A DNA stretch of 64,000 nucleotides from an uncultured candidate division Zixibacteria bacterium (GTDB lineage Bacteria; Zixibacteria; MSB-5A5; RBG-16-43-9), in NCBI GenBank assembly GCA_963713865.1, contig OY970208.1, positions 1,408,001 to 1,472,000 of the forward strand, read 5' to 3'. Below the pieces are notes generated by a model. It was given only the letters and a program-made list of their open reading frames with translations, was not told where the DNA came from and made no database searches. Positions 19,665 through 31,049 of the stretch are shown piece by piece (the stretch's first letter is position 1; each line of letters begins with the position of its first letter). The translations under genes were made by a program, and so were the position numbers.

Positions 19665-19856
19665 TTATCCGCTAAGCGGATGCGTGGGAGAGGAGAGTTT
19701 CGACTTTGGGCTTTCTGTCTCCCTCATCCAGGAGGGAAGAAAACTTTTCTTCACTCTTCGAATTCTATCCTTATCGGGTTTATTGTTTTTACCGTTGTCC
19801 GGTCCGCCTTTAGCGGGTTCGTCTTTAGATCCTCTGGTTTTCAAACACTGGTCCAT
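19665..19856 (-). CDS. Putative 63-aa hydrophilic small protein
   Basis: GGAGG SD upstream of ATG at 19856 (MDQCLKTRG...), just after the barrel gene stop. Confidence 0.4.
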   Translation of the reverse strand: MDQCLKTRGSKDEPAKGGPDNGKNNKPDKDRIRRVKKSFLPSWMRETESPKSKLSSPTHPLSG

Positions 19857-19882
19857 CTTTCCTCCAGTAGAGAGAGCTTTTT

Positions 19883-21142
19883 TTAAAATCTTAATCCACA
19901 ACCAAGGGATATACCTATACCTTTGCTATCATCTGGCATTAACGCTTTTTTATTAGCTATACCTATATCAAGAAAAACTGCTCCGAAGTCCAAACCGAAA
20001 CCGCCACTTAAAGATAATCCCTCTTTACCTCCAAAAGAGATTCCACTTCTCAGGGGCAAGAAGCTTATTATTTTCAGTTCTGTGCCCAGGGAAAACTTAG
20101 GGGTTTTAGTCACTCCAGGTCCGTTTTCAAAACCCTGTTCCCAGTCAAAAGCAAGTAATATCTTCCTGGCTTTATAGGCAACTCCAGCTTTAGCTATCAA
20201 CGGGAGATGGGTGATAAAAGGGTCGATATCCTTTTCGTAGTCTTCGCTTAAAACTACCGAATCATCATCCGAGTTGGAGAGGTTAAGGGAATCGATCTTG
20301 AATTCGTAGCCTTTTTCCTCTGTTTCCCGGTCCCATTTAATTCTGCTGATGGGATTAGACAGGAATAGACTCAGGGACCATTTCCGGTTTAACCTGGTAG
20401 CTATTCCCAAATCCAATCCATAACCTTTTCCTCCTGTGGCTGAATGAAGGATAAGATCGGACTCGCCTTCGATCTGGTCCTCGTTTACCCTTACTTCTCC
20501 CGAAGCTTTGATTACTTTCTGGTAGATTATCCCCCGGAGGTATTTCAAATTTACACCAATACCGAATTCCTTTTCCCCTTTCCGGTACAAAGATTTTCCA
20601 TAGGACAATGATAAAACACCATAAGCATAGGCTTCACCAGAGGTTCCTTCAAGGCTCATAGTATCATTTGTCTGATTACCCATAAGGAGCAGCTCAAACG
20701 GGTCTTTGGGGAAACTTAAATCCGAGACTCCAGAAGCCCAGGTTACCAAAGATAAAGAACCAATGGATAATCCGAGGGCAGATGCTTCTACCTGGGCATT
20801 CAGGTTTAAGCCGGTAGAGGGGATCAGACTCAAAATTTTATCTTTATCCTCATCTTCCCAGAATTTACCGTTATATTGGTTATAATCGTTTAAGTTGAAA
20901 GCATTGTTCTCAACAAAGACACCTACTGAGAATAAATTCAAGCTGAAGCCACGATTATCTTTAAAAGAAAGATTGGCCGGGTTCCATAGAGGTGCTTCAT
21001 TATCTCTCGCCACTGCAGTATAAGCTCCTCCCAAACCCAGACTGCGTGCATTGGATAATCCCAGGGGAGCCGATTGATCTGTCCAGAGAAGGATTAAAAA
21101 TAAAGCTAAAAATAACGCTTTGATTATCGATTTAGCCCCCAT
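19883..21142 (-). CDS. Outer-membrane beta-barrel protein (DUF5723/TraF-like)
   Basis: ARSLGLGGAY.A...WNPANL start, G.G.DLG, PLRSG, terminal F. Confidence 0.75.
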   Translation of the reverse strand: MGAKSIIKALFLALFLILLWTDQSAPLGLSNARSLGLGGAYTAVARDNEAPLWNPANLSFKDNRGFSLNLFSVGVFVENNAFNLNDYNQYNGKFWEDEDKDKILSLIPSTGLNLNAQVEASALGLSIGSLSLVTWASGVSDLSFPKDPFELLLMGNQTNDTMSLEGTSGEAYAYGVLSLSYGKSLYRKGEKEFGIGVNLKYLRGIIYQKVIKASGEVRVNEDQIEGESDLILHSATGGKGYGLDLGIATRLNRKWSLSLFLSNPISRIKWDRETEEKGYEFKIDSLNLSNSDDDSVVLSEDYEKDIDPFITHLPLIAKAGVAYKARKILLAFDWEQGFENGPGVTKTPKFSLGTELKIISFLPLRSGISFGGKEGLSLSGGFGLDFGAVFLDIGIANKKALMPDDSKGIGISLGCGLRF

Positions 21143-23141
21143 TTTTTACCTCCAGTTCTAAATGTGAATTTATCTGGATATAATCTGTAACTAAAAACTT
21201 GACTTTTTGACCATTAGTTCCCTGAAAAGTGATTTTTCCTCCAGAACAGAAGGTTGGATTCTGGAAAACATTTAAATCGTCTTTAGTTAATTGAATTATA
21301 TTTTCAGTGATTACCGGATTTGTAACTAGTCCGGAACTGTCGGTTTCAGCCGGATCGAGTAAGACCGGACCTACTAAAAGTTGTGGATTAGTATATAAAT
21401 TATCTGAATTCCGGCTGAAAAATAGCTCAACTTTTGCTCCCAGGGGAAGGTGATTTTCCAGATTAAGATAGACCTTTGCCCAGTTGACCTTGTCGTTTAA
21501 TCCATCTCTTAAGTCTTCATCCAGTGAATTCGTATCCGGATCAACTTCGATCTGGGTTGAGTCCAGAACAAATTCAAAGGGGGAACTTAAAAGGAATTCC
21601 CCGGTTATGAAATCGTTTTCCGTTACCGAACCTGCACTTCTTCCATCTCCGCAGATTGCATTTCCATTCAGAAACACCTGTTCCGGGACCGGGTTAAGAA
21701 AACTACCTGGATTATTTTCTCTAATCTCGGTGATTACCGGATTTTCAGGTGAGCCTGGCTGAATTCCTCCACTTATTATGAGGGATTGACCATCTTCACC
21801 CGCAAGATTCAAATCTAAAGAGCCGGGAAAACCAACTCCGTTTTTAATCCTCAAACTTAGCACAGCATCAGTTAAAGAAACAGAAGAGAGTCCCTGGGGA
21901 AGGTCTAAATTTATCTGCATTGGCTCTATCTGAACAGTAGTTGGCTGGATTATGCCCGACAGAGCAGAGAAAAATAGCGTGTCTGTATAGACAGAGAAAG
22001 AGATCGAGTCTGAGCTGCTTATGCTCACTAAGTTTTCTCCACTGCCTTCAGTCTGGCCACTTATCTCTATTCTGAGATTCTGTTCTGACGGCTGGAAATC
22101 ATAACCCTGTAGCGGGATGGAAATCTCCAAACTGTTCAAAGCTTCGATATATCTGGATAAACCAAAAGGTTCACCAGATGAAGTTAAGTTTGGCAAGATG
22201 ATATTAAGATTTGCCGGGAGATTGGTCCCGTTATAGAGCTGTAAGTATAGGTTGCCGGATTTAATCTGAGCCAAGTGAATGATATTTTCGGTTGGAAGCT
22301 CAACTGTCTGGCTCTTCGATAAATTTATAGCTGGAACCCTGGCAATTGCAGAGTGTACTACTACGGTCTCCGGAAAACAAAGGCTGAAGCCAATATATTT
22401 ATCTGCCAGGCTGAGGATGGTTCCACCAGGGGTATGACCTTTATTATTTCCTGAAAATCTGGAAGAAAAAGATTTCTCTGAGAGATTAAAATCTCTTATG
22501 GCGGAGCTGTCCTGCGGTATTCCAGACTCAAAGACCACAGTGCCTATGGAGGTACCAGAAGCTGAATCTATCAATTCTACGGAGAATGAATCTAGATCTA
22601 ATCCTAAATGGTTTTCCGCTTTCAGCCGGGCTATACCTCTTTTTATGGCTACTTCCTGAAGGTCATTTAACTCTGGAAAATTTAGATCTATGTTGAAACT
22701 AAAGGGAGGAACTGAGCCTTCGCCTCCAGGATAAATCTCGGATAGAAAGACCTCTGAGCTCTGAGTATCAGAGGAGATAAAAGGTATCTCCCCTATGGTA
22801 TCCTTGAAAATATCAGACAAGGGAGAAAGGTCTAAATTTTCCCTTACATAGATGGTATCGATATCTTTTTGAATCGATATTCCCAGGTTCCCTGAAGAAT
22901 CGATTATCAGAGAAGGATCGTCGATTTTATCAAACAGAGTTCGCATATCATAGGTTTTTACCAATAGAGGGAGATTGTAACGGCTGTTCCAGGTCGGAGC
23001 GGAAGGTTTTTTAACTGAACACTGCACCAGGGTCAGAAAGATCAGAAAAAAGATAATCCCGCACAAGCTCCAGAAAACCCAGCTTACTAACTTGTCTAAA
23101 AAACTTTTTTCTCCTCTTCTTCTCATTGTTTTAGCCCCCAT
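21132..23141 (-). CDS. Putative lipoprotein, beta-rich partner of the barrel
   Basis: Hydrophobic stretch ending LVQC, then P.APTW...YNLPL; stop overlaps the barrel start. Confidence 0.75.
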   Translation of the reverse strand: MGAKTMRRRGEKSFLDKLVSWVFWSLCGIIFFLIFLTLVQCSVKKPSAPTWNSRYNLPLLVKTYDMRTLFDKIDDPSLIIDSSGNLGISIQKDIDTIYVRENLDLSPLSDIFKDTIGEIPFISSDTQSSEVFLSEIYPGGEGSVPPFSFNIDLNFPELNDLQEVAIKRGIARLKAENHLGLDLDSFSVELIDSASGTSIGTVVFESGIPQDSSAIRDFNLSEKSFSSRFSGNNKGHTPGGTILSLADKYIGFSLCFPETVVVHSAIARVPAINLSKSQTVELPTENIIHLAQIKSGNLYLQLYNGTNLPANLNIILPNLTSSGEPFGLSRYIEALNSLEISIPLQGYDFQPSEQNLRIEISGQTEGSGENLVSISSSDSISFSVYTDTLFFSALSGIIQPTTVQIEPMQINLDLPQGLSSVSLTDAVLSLRIKNGVGFPGSLDLNLAGEDGQSLIISGGIQPGSPENPVITEIRENNPGSFLNPVPEQVFLNGNAICGDGRSAGSVTENDFITGEFLLSSPFEFVLDSTQIEVDPDTNSLDEDLRDGLNDKVNWAKVYLNLENHLPLGAKVELFFSRNSDNLYTNPQLLVGPVLLDPAETDSSGLVTNPVITENIIQLTKDDLNVFQNPTFCSGGKITFQGTNGQKVKFLVTDYIQINSHLELEVKNGG

Positions 23142-23184
23142 AGATGAAAGTTAAATTTTTATTGATTGTAACGATTATATTTTA

Positions 23185-23200
23185 TGCAACAATTGTGCCA
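23185..23200 (-). promoter_or_regulatory. sigma54 (-24/-12) promoter
   Basis: Minus strand TGGCAC-AATTG-TTGCA, exact consensus and spacing, about 45 nt upstream of the lipoprotein start. Confidence 0.8.
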
Positions 23201-23652
23201 GAAGAAAGCTAAATATGCCAAATATTTGGTGAGGAGTAACCTCTTTCAAATAAACGGATTAGAGGTTAAACCCTGATTGAGTGCAAAACGGATTTATCAA
23301 ATAGTTATCTCCATCAGTTAAAAATGTGGGAGAAAGTCAATAGTTTATTGGGGAAATGCAAGTTGAAAGCAATTACGGATGACGAATGATGGATGATGAA
23401 ATAATGATAAGAAAGACTGCTCTATCCTAATTTATCATCAGGACCCAAAATCGTGGATCCATAGTATTGGTTTACTCCAACGAAGTTGAACATAAAGATA
23501 TTGGTTAGGAGACCAACGTCCAGCAGGATATGTTTAGAATTCAATTAAAAAACTCTTTACAAAGAAGAAAGATAAATATATAATAAACTGATGTTTTGGA
23601 TAACTTAGAGTGGCATCAAGGTTAATTCTTTAAAACTCTTTTGATCAGGTAG

Positions 23653-26600
23653 ATGGGAAGAGAGCTTTTCTTAGGAATCGATATCGGCTCAGTCTCGGTT
23701 AAGATTGTCCTTTTATCTCCGGTAGGGGCAATTTCCGAATGGATCCATACTGGACATGAATTGCTCCTACAAAGAGGGGATACTTCAAAGCAAATAATTT
23801 ATCATTCTTATACCCGTCATGAAGGACAGCCCTATAAGGTCCTTTTTGACCAGCTTCAAAAACTATTTCATAATTACGACTACAGAGAGATAAAAGGAGT
23901 TGCCACGACCGGTACAGGGGGAAAGCTTGCGGCTGAGCTCCTGGGGAGTAAGTTTGTCAACGAGGTTATCTCTCAGGTTAAAGCTACTTCTTTTCTTTGT
24001 CCTGAGGTAAGATCAATAATCGAGATGGGGGGAGAGGATTCCAAACTCCTTTTGCTCAAAGAAGATAGTAATTCCGGTGCCCTTTTATTAGATGATTTCT
24101 CTATGAATACCCTGTGTGCGGCTGGAACTGGCTCTTTTTTGGACCAGCAGGCAAAAAGGTTAAATATAAATATTGAAAATGAGTTTAGCCAGTTAGCTCT
24201 TAAATCAAAAAATCCACCCCGGATTGCTGGAAGGTGCAGTGTCTTTGCTAAATCGGATATGATTCACCTTCAGCAGATAGCTACTCCGGATTATGATATT
24301 GTGGCAGGGCTGTGTTATGCTATGGCCAGGAATTTTAAATCGAGCATTGCCCGGGGTAAAGAATTAAGAAAAAAAATATCGTTTCAGGGTGGTGTAGCAG
24401 CCAATTCAGGGATGGTTAGAGCTTTCCAGGATGTCTTTGAACTGGATGTAGATGAGTTAATCATTCCGCAGTTTCATTCAGAGATGGGCGCAATAGGTTC
24501 AGCTCTGAGCCTTTTAGAAGATGGAAGAGAAGAAGCTGATTTTAAAGGTTTAAATAGACTGAGTGAATATCTCTCCACACCCAGGAATCGTAAGGGAAAA
24601 GAGAAACTTCATTTCAACTATCCTGAAACTAAATATTACTCTCAAACTTCAGCTTTTCAAGTACCAGAGGGGAAAGATATTCCAGCTTATCTGGGGATTG
24701 ATGTGGGCTCTTTGTCCACTAATGTTGTGGTGATTGATGAAGATAACATGGTGCTCTCCAGAACGCTATCTAATGACCGAAGGGAGACCGATTGAGGCGG
24801 TAAGAAGAGGGTTAGAAGAGGTGGGGAATGAAATTGGAGATAGGGTGAAAATTTTAGGAGCAGGTACTACTGGCTCAGGCAGGTACCTGATTGGTGATTT
24901 TATAGGGGCAGACATCGTACACAACGAGATAACCGCCCAGGCAAGAGCAGCAATTGAGTTCGATCCCGAAGTAGATACCATCTTTGAGATAGGGGGACAG
25001 GATTCTAAATATATAAGCTTAGAAAACGGCATCATAGTTGATTTCGAGATGAATAAGGTCTGTGCTGCTGGAACAGGCTCCTTTTTGCAGGAACAGGCAG
25101 AAAAGTTAAATATAAAAATCGAAGAGGAGTTTGGGAAGTTAGCCCTGCAGGCCGATTATCCGGTAAACTGCGGCGAGAGATGCACGGTATTTATGGAATC
25201 AGACCTGAATGCTCATCAGCAAGCAGGCGTGAATAAAGATGATTTAGTCGCCGGGCTGGCTTATTCTATAGTCTTTAATTATCTGAATAAAGTAGTTGGG
25301 AAGAAAAGAATCGGGAATAAGATTTTCTTCCAGGGTGGGGTTGCCTGGAATGAAGGGGTGGTTTCAGCTTTCGAGAAAGTCCTGGGTAAAGAAATTGTCG
25401 TGCCACCTCATCACGATGTCACCGGGGCAATAGGGGTGGCTATCTTAGCTAAAGAAAGGAATGATACTGGAAAGACTAATTTCAAAGGGTTCGACCTTTC
25501 AACCAGAAAATATGAGATAGAGACTTTTGAATGTCAGGATTGTGCCAATCATTGCGAGATAAAAAAAGTTTCAGTGGAAAGGGAGAAACCTCTTTTTTAC
25601 GGGAGCAGGTGTGAAAAATACGATTTAGAGAAAAGAAGCTCTAAAAAATCTGATCTTCCAGATCTATTTGAGGTAAGGGATAGAATTCTTTTATCATTAC
25701 ATCAGGAGTTTACTCCTAAACTTGAGAAAAAAGGGGAAATCGGTATTCCAAGAGCTCTTTTCTTTTACGAGTATTTCCCCTTCTGGGCAACTTTTTTTGG
25801 GAACTTAGGGTATGAGGTGATCTTATCAGACAGGACTTCCAAGCGGATTATTCGTCAGGGGGTGGAAACAGTTTTAGCTGAAACCTGTTATCCAATAAAA
25901 GTTGCTTTTGGACATATTCAAAATCTTTTAGAGAAGAAAGTCGATTACATCTTTTTCCCCAGCCTGATTAACCTGAAGAAAGATGATCCAGACTCAGAGA
26001 GCTATTCCTGCCCTTATGTTCAGGCTTTTCCTTATATCCTTAAAGCTACATATGACTTTGAGCAGAAGGGGATAAAGCTTCTTTCGGCTCCGGTTCACTT
26101 CCAGAGAAGGAAAGGAGCTTTGTTAAAAGAACTGGTCGAACTATGCAAGGACTTGAAGGTCAAGAGATCATTACTTAATACAGCTTTTAATAAAGCAGAG
26201 GCTTGTCAAAATGAATTCTACAGGAGAATCCGTTCATGCGGAGAGGAGATACTGAAAGATTTGAAAGGAAGAAATACACTGGTGGTGCTGGGAAGACCTT
26301 ATAATACCTGCGATCCTCTCTTGAGCTTAGAGCTTTCTAAGAAATTAAAAGAATTAAGATGTTTAAGTCTGCCTTTAGATTTTCTTCCTTTGAAATCATC
26401 CGCATATAATTCCATCATGCAGAATATGTACTGGAAATATGGGCAGAAAATCTTAGCGGCCACAGAATTTATCAAGAAAACTCCAGGGCTTTTCCCGGTC
26501 TATGTGACCAATTTCGGATGCGGTCCTGATTCCTTTATCCTTCATTTTTTCAAATACAGTCTGGGCAAGAAACCTTTTCTTCAATTAGAATTAGATGAAC

Positions 26601-27964
26601 ATTCTGCAGATGCAGGGATCATCACCCGGTGTGAGGCTTTCTTAGATAGCCTTGGAGGTTATAAGGAAGATAGAAAGAGTCTCCCCGTACAAGCACCATA
26701 CCTGTCCCCCAATGGTCATAAAAAAGTCTTATATATACCTTATATGGCTGAGCACGCTTTTGCTATAAAAAGTGCCTTTATAGCCTGCGACATAAAAGCG
26801 GAAGTTATGCCAGAGTCGGATGAGAAGACTTTGATTTTAGGACGAAAATATACCTCTGGAAAAGAATGTTATCCCTGTATCCTGACCACAGGAGATATAG
26901 TCAAATTAGTCCAGAGTCCGGATTTCGACAGAGATAGATCAGCGATTTTTATGCCCCAGGCAGATGGTCCCTGCAGGTTCGGGCAATATCAGAATCTCCA
27001 GCGGATAATCCTGGATGAATTAGGTTATAGGGATATCCCCATTTGTTCTCCGAATTCGAAAGACTCCTATAGTCAGATTCTGAATTTAGATGACAATTTC
27101 AGACGGGTTGCCTGGAAAGGTATAGTGGTAGTTGATATTCTAAACAAACTTTTGTGGAAAACCCGTCCTTATGAGTTAAACCAGGGAGAGAGTGAAAAAA
27201 GATATGGAGAAGGACTGGAGGAAATCTGCCAGGCATTAGAAGGAAAAAAGGACTTGGAAAAGCTCTTAGAACATATCCAGAATGTTTTTTCACAGATTAA
27301 GGTAGAAAAAGATGGCAGAAAACCTTTGATCGGGGTAGTCGGGGAGATATATATCAGAACCAATCGGTTTTCCAATCACGATGTAGTAAAAAAGATAGAA
27401 GAGTTGGGAGGAGAGGTAAGGGTGGCTCCGATGGCAGAGTGGTTTTTCTATACCAACTTTATGTATAAGAAGATGAGTTTGGCTGAGAAAAGGTACGGAG
27501 AGTATCTGAAGGCAATACTCAAAGACCGGGTTCAGAAAAAAGATGAAGAGATTTTGTATGAAAAGTTAAAAATACTCTTAGAGGGAGAGCATGAGCTTCC
27601 AATAGAAAAAATCATAGAACTTGCCAGTCCTTATCTGCACTTCACCTTTGGAGGTGAAGCTATACTTTCAGTGGGGAAGTCAATAGATTTTATTAAAAAA
27701 GGATTTTGTGGGGTGGTAAACACGATGCCTTTTACCTGTATGCCGGGGACTATCGTTACAGCCATTGCCAAAATAATCCGGGAAAAATATCATAACTTCC
27801 CCTGGCTGGATATGGCCTATGAAGGATTAGAGGATTCAAATGAGTTAACCCGCCTGGAAGCATTTATGTATCAGGCAAAGGAGATGCAGAAAAAAACGTT
27901 TAATCCGCCTTTGGCGGACAAAGGTTTAAAGGTTCAAGGAGTTATAAATAAAACCTCTCCCTGA
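23653..27964 (+). pseudogene. Multidomain acyl-CoA dehydratase activase (two BcrAD/BadFG ATPase domains + DUF2229), split by a +1 frameshift near 24762
   Basis: GIDIGSVS, EMGGEDSK, CAAGTGSFLDQQA, then second GIDVGSLS; removing one A in tccagaacgc gives continuous VLSRRYLMTEGRPI; may be an assembly error. Confidence 0.8.
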
Positions 27965-28215
27965 CCCTCTACTTTCCTCCGGTGGCTATGAGCCCGCCCT
28001 TTGGGCGTCAAGCGTAGTCTCCGTTCAGGAAAAAAGGAGAGGGAATTATTCCTGGTGGTCGTCCACTGAACGGAAAATGTAGCGGAGGTCTTCAGACCTC
28101 TATAGGTTAAAAATGAAGGTTCGTTCATGCATGAATTGGTCCGCCTCGGGTTTGTAGGTCAAGCATGTCCGCCCTTCGACAAGCTCCTTTCGGTCTGAGC
28201 CTCAAGGTCGAAGAC
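27951..28215. repeat. Composite repeat region (CCTCTCCCTGACCCTCT...GGAGAGGG element, REP, CTTCGACAAGCTC...GTCGAAG element)
   Basis: Motifs read directly at 27954-27970, 28036-28043, 28079-28101 and 28174-28213. Confidence 0.55.
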
Positions 28216-28369
28216 AGGGTAGTGAGTGGATTGACCTTGTTCACCATCCTTAGAAAATTGAGGAGCAGAGCTGAACCGGAAGACTGCTTGACAAAAGAAT
28301 ATTTGAACAGACAGAGTAAATTTAGATGATTGATTAAAGATAAATAAAAAGTTACTAAAGGAGAAATAG

Positions 28370-30010
28370 ATGAACAAAGGATTTCAAGCCTTAGTTGAAC
28401 AGATATTGGAATACAGATGGAAGGCTAATCCAGTAGAGGCGACTTTTACAGGTATTCATAAATATGATGGACAATTCGAAAACTTTTCCTTGGCTTTCAG
28501 AAGAAATTATCATAACAAATTAAAAGGATTTTCTAAAAAGCTAAAAAAGTTTTATTCAAAGAAAGAAAAACTATCAGAGGGAGAACTTTTAGATCTTGAA
28601 ATCCTTTATTCCACCTTAGAAACAGAAGTTAAATACGAAAAGGTATATAATAGATTTATGCGGGATGCAAGTTTTTATCCGTCTTTAGCCTTGAGTGGTT
28701 GTAATGTTTTTATCATCCGGGACTTTGCTCCACCAGAACAGAGGGGTAGAAGTCTTTTGCAGAGGTTAAAACAAATTTCGGCTTTCTTAAAACAGGGAGA
28801 AAGGAATTTAAAAAAAGTGAGTAAAATTCCAAGAGTTTGGACTGAAATCGGGATGGAAACGACCATGAGTGGAAAAACTTTCTTCCAGACTTCCATTCCG
28901 GAATTTGCGGAAAAAGTTCCTCAACTCAAGAATTCGATTTTGAAAGCAGCGCAGGTAGCAGAGAAAAGCTTTGAACGATATTATAATTTCTTGAAAGAAA
29001 AGGTCCTGTCAAAATCCAGAGGGGATTTTGCCTGTGGTAAAAAACTTTTTGATTACCTTTTATCCAGCTATCATCAGCTCCCTTATGATACAAAAGACCT
29101 TTTGAAAATTGGGGTAAAAGTGATTAGTAATACACAGGATGAACTGGAAAATATTTCTAAAAGAATTGATCCAGGAAAAAACTGGTCTGAGATTTTGACT
29201 GATATTAAAAAGCTTCACCCGGACAGAAAAAATCTTTTGAATTTCTATAAAGAAGAGATGATGAAAAGTTATGATTTCGTTAAAAGTAAAGAGCTGGCAA
29301 CTTTACCTAAGGAAGAAGAGTTGGAAGTGATTGAAACTCCAGTCTACGTAAGGCATCTTATCCCTTATGCGGCGTATATGTCCCCGGCTCCATTTGAGAA
29401 AACCCAAAAAGGATTTTACTGGGTTACTCCCGTGGCCCAGAATCTACCTATTGAAAAGCAGGAACAACAACTTCAAGGACATAATGTTTTCAAATCCGTA
29501 GTCACCACTTTGCACGAAGGGTATCCAGGCCATCATTTGCAATTAGTTCTGGGCAATCGGATAGATTCCAAAGTCAGAAGGGTTTTTGGTACTACCGTTT
29601 TTGTGGAAGGCTGGGCTTTATATTGTGAAGAGATGATGTATGAACAGGGTTACTACACTGATATCAGAACCAGGTTTTTTCAACTCAAAGACCAGCTCTG
29701 GCGAGGATGTCGGGTAGTGATTGATGTTAAACTCCATACTAAGAAGATGAGCTTTGACCAGGCAGTGGATATGCTGGTGAACGTAGCTAAGTTAGAAAGA
29801 GTAAATGCCATAGCAGAAGTGAAAAGATATACCCAGGAGCCAACCCAGCCAATGAGCTATGTGATAGGGAAATTGGAGGTTTTAAAGCTTAGAGATGAAT
29901 ATAAAAAACTAAAAGGAGCAGAGTTCGACTTGAAGAAATTTCATGACCAGCTTTTGAGTTATGGCTCAATCCCGGTCAGATTAGTCAGGGAGAAGATGCT
30001 TGCAAGATAG
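28370..30010 (+). CDS. DUF885 family protein (putative metallopeptidase)
   Basis: LHEGYPGHHLQ, FVEGWALYCE, RVVIDVKLH, EVKRY...P.Q..SY..G. Confidence 0.9.
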   Translation: MNKGFQALVEQILEYRWKANPVEATFTGIHKYDGQFENFSLAFRRNYHNKLKGFSKKLKKFYSKKEKLSEGELLDLEILYSTLETEVKYEKVYNRFMRDASFYPSLALSGCNVFIIRDFAPPEQRGRSLLQRLKQISAFLKQGERNLKKVSKIPRVWTEIGMETTMSGKTFFQTSIPEFAEKVPQLKNSILKAAQVAEKSFERYYNFLKEKVLSKSRGDFACGKKLFDYLLSSYHQLPYDTKDLLKIGVKVISNTQDELENISKRIDPGKNWSEILTDIKKLHPDRKNLLNFYKEEMMKSYDFVKSKELATLPKEEELEVIETPVYVRHLIPYAAYMSPAPFEKTQKGFYWVTPVAQNLPIEKQEQQLQGHNVFKSVVTTLHEGYPGHHLQLVLGNRIDSKVRRVFGTTVFVEGWALYCEEMMYEQGYYTDIRTRFFQLKDQLWRGCRVVIDVKLHTKKMSFDQAVDMLVNVAKLERVNAIAEVKRYTQEPTQPMSYVIGKLEVLKLRDEYKKLKGAEFDLKKFHDQLLSYGSIPVRLVREKMLAR

Positions 30011-30171
30011 CAGGTAAACGGTAAACCCTATGTGGTCGTCGTCCGCCTCAGGTGGACTGCCCCGATTCGCCAGAGGCGAACCAGGTCAAGGGACCTGGCA
30101 AGCACAGGAACGATGCTTTATTAATCGATAGAGGGATTTAATCCGCCTGAGGGGGATGAACCCTCAGGATA

Positions 30172-30657
30172 TCATTTTTTCATCTTAGAAAGATAATAAG
30201 AATAAGCCTCTTCTAAGTGGGTTTTTAATAATTCGAGGCTGAAATCTTTAAAAGTCATTTCTTTTTCTGTGTGGGAATAGATAATCTTTATTTTATCTTC
30301 GTATCCTTCTAATCTTTTTATGGCTTCAGGATGGGGGAATTCTATTTGAGCGATTAGTTTTTCTACTGGCTCATCTGGTTTTAGCCAGTTTAAAAGTGAA
30401 CTTTTTTGTCTGGTGATTTCAAGGATTACTCCTCCAGTATAATATTTTTTACCAGTAAGCTCATCTATCTCTTTATGCCTGAGGTTAAAAAGCTTTACTT
30501 TTGCCTTGCTTACCTGAGCAAACTCTTTAGCTAAATTCTCAGCTTTTTCTATCCAGTAACTCACCCGGCTGGCTAAGGCACTTGCCTCATCTTTTTGTTT
30601 TTCTTTAGATGTTTGTGCTTCGGTCTTAATTTTTTTTAGCTTTTCTTTCCAGCTCAT
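30172..30657 (-). CDS. Hypothetical protein
   Basis: Open frame; ATG start MSWKEKLKK preferred over the upstream TTG at 30708. Confidence 0.6.
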   Translation of the reverse strand: MSWKEKLKKIKTEAQTSKEKQKDEASALASRVSYWIEKAENLAKEFAQVSKAKVKLFNLRHKEIDELTGKKYYTGGVILEITRQKSSLLNWLKPDEPVEKLIAQIEFPHPEAIKRLEGYEDKIKIIYSHTEKEMTFKDFSLELLKTHLEEAYSYYLSKMKK

Positions 30658-30878
30658 ATTGATTTGAGGTTTTTCCCTTATATATAGTTCCAGAATTGAT
30701 TTTGTCAAGGATAACCTGAGAAATTTCTGAAAAAGTCAAATTTGGGGAAATAAGCATTGGAGTATATCCGCCTTAGGTGGACAGCTTCACCTTTTTTGTT
30801 TATACTCCAATTTCCCTCGAATAACTAATTTTAAGAGCTATCTTTATACCGGAGTGACTTTCTACCTATGGTCTTCAA

Positions 30879-30910
30879 TAAAAAAATCCCCCCTCGAAGG
30901 GGGGGATTTT
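30879..30910 (-). terminator. Intrinsic terminator
   Basis: Minus strand aaaatcccccc-cttcga-ggggggattttttt. Confidence 0.8.
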
Positions 30911-31022
30911 ATAATTTCAATGGGAGTGGTGGAGGGGGGATGCCCCGAATCCATCGGGGTGGCTGGGTTTTAGTATACCAGCACTCACCACTCCCAAGTC
31001 CTTAGTAATATCACTCGACCTT
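30879..31022 (-). ncRNA. Candidate sigma54-dependent small RNA
   Basis: Lies between a -24/-12 box and a strong intrinsic terminator; multi-stem fold; no ORF in the track. Confidence 0.55.
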
Positions 31023-31033
31023 TCTAAATTATA

Positions 31034-31049
31034 TGCAACTTATATGCCG
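31034..31049 (-). promoter_or_regulatory. sigma54 (-24/-12) promoter
   Basis: Minus strand CGGCAT-ATAAG-TTGCA with correct GG-N10-GC spacing. Confidence 0.65.

Noticed and set aside
21131-23141. Both operon genes begin atgggggctaaa (MGAK)
   Set aside because: Only 12 nt; in the upstream gene the G run may just be the SD for the next ATG (MRRRG), so chance cannot be excluded
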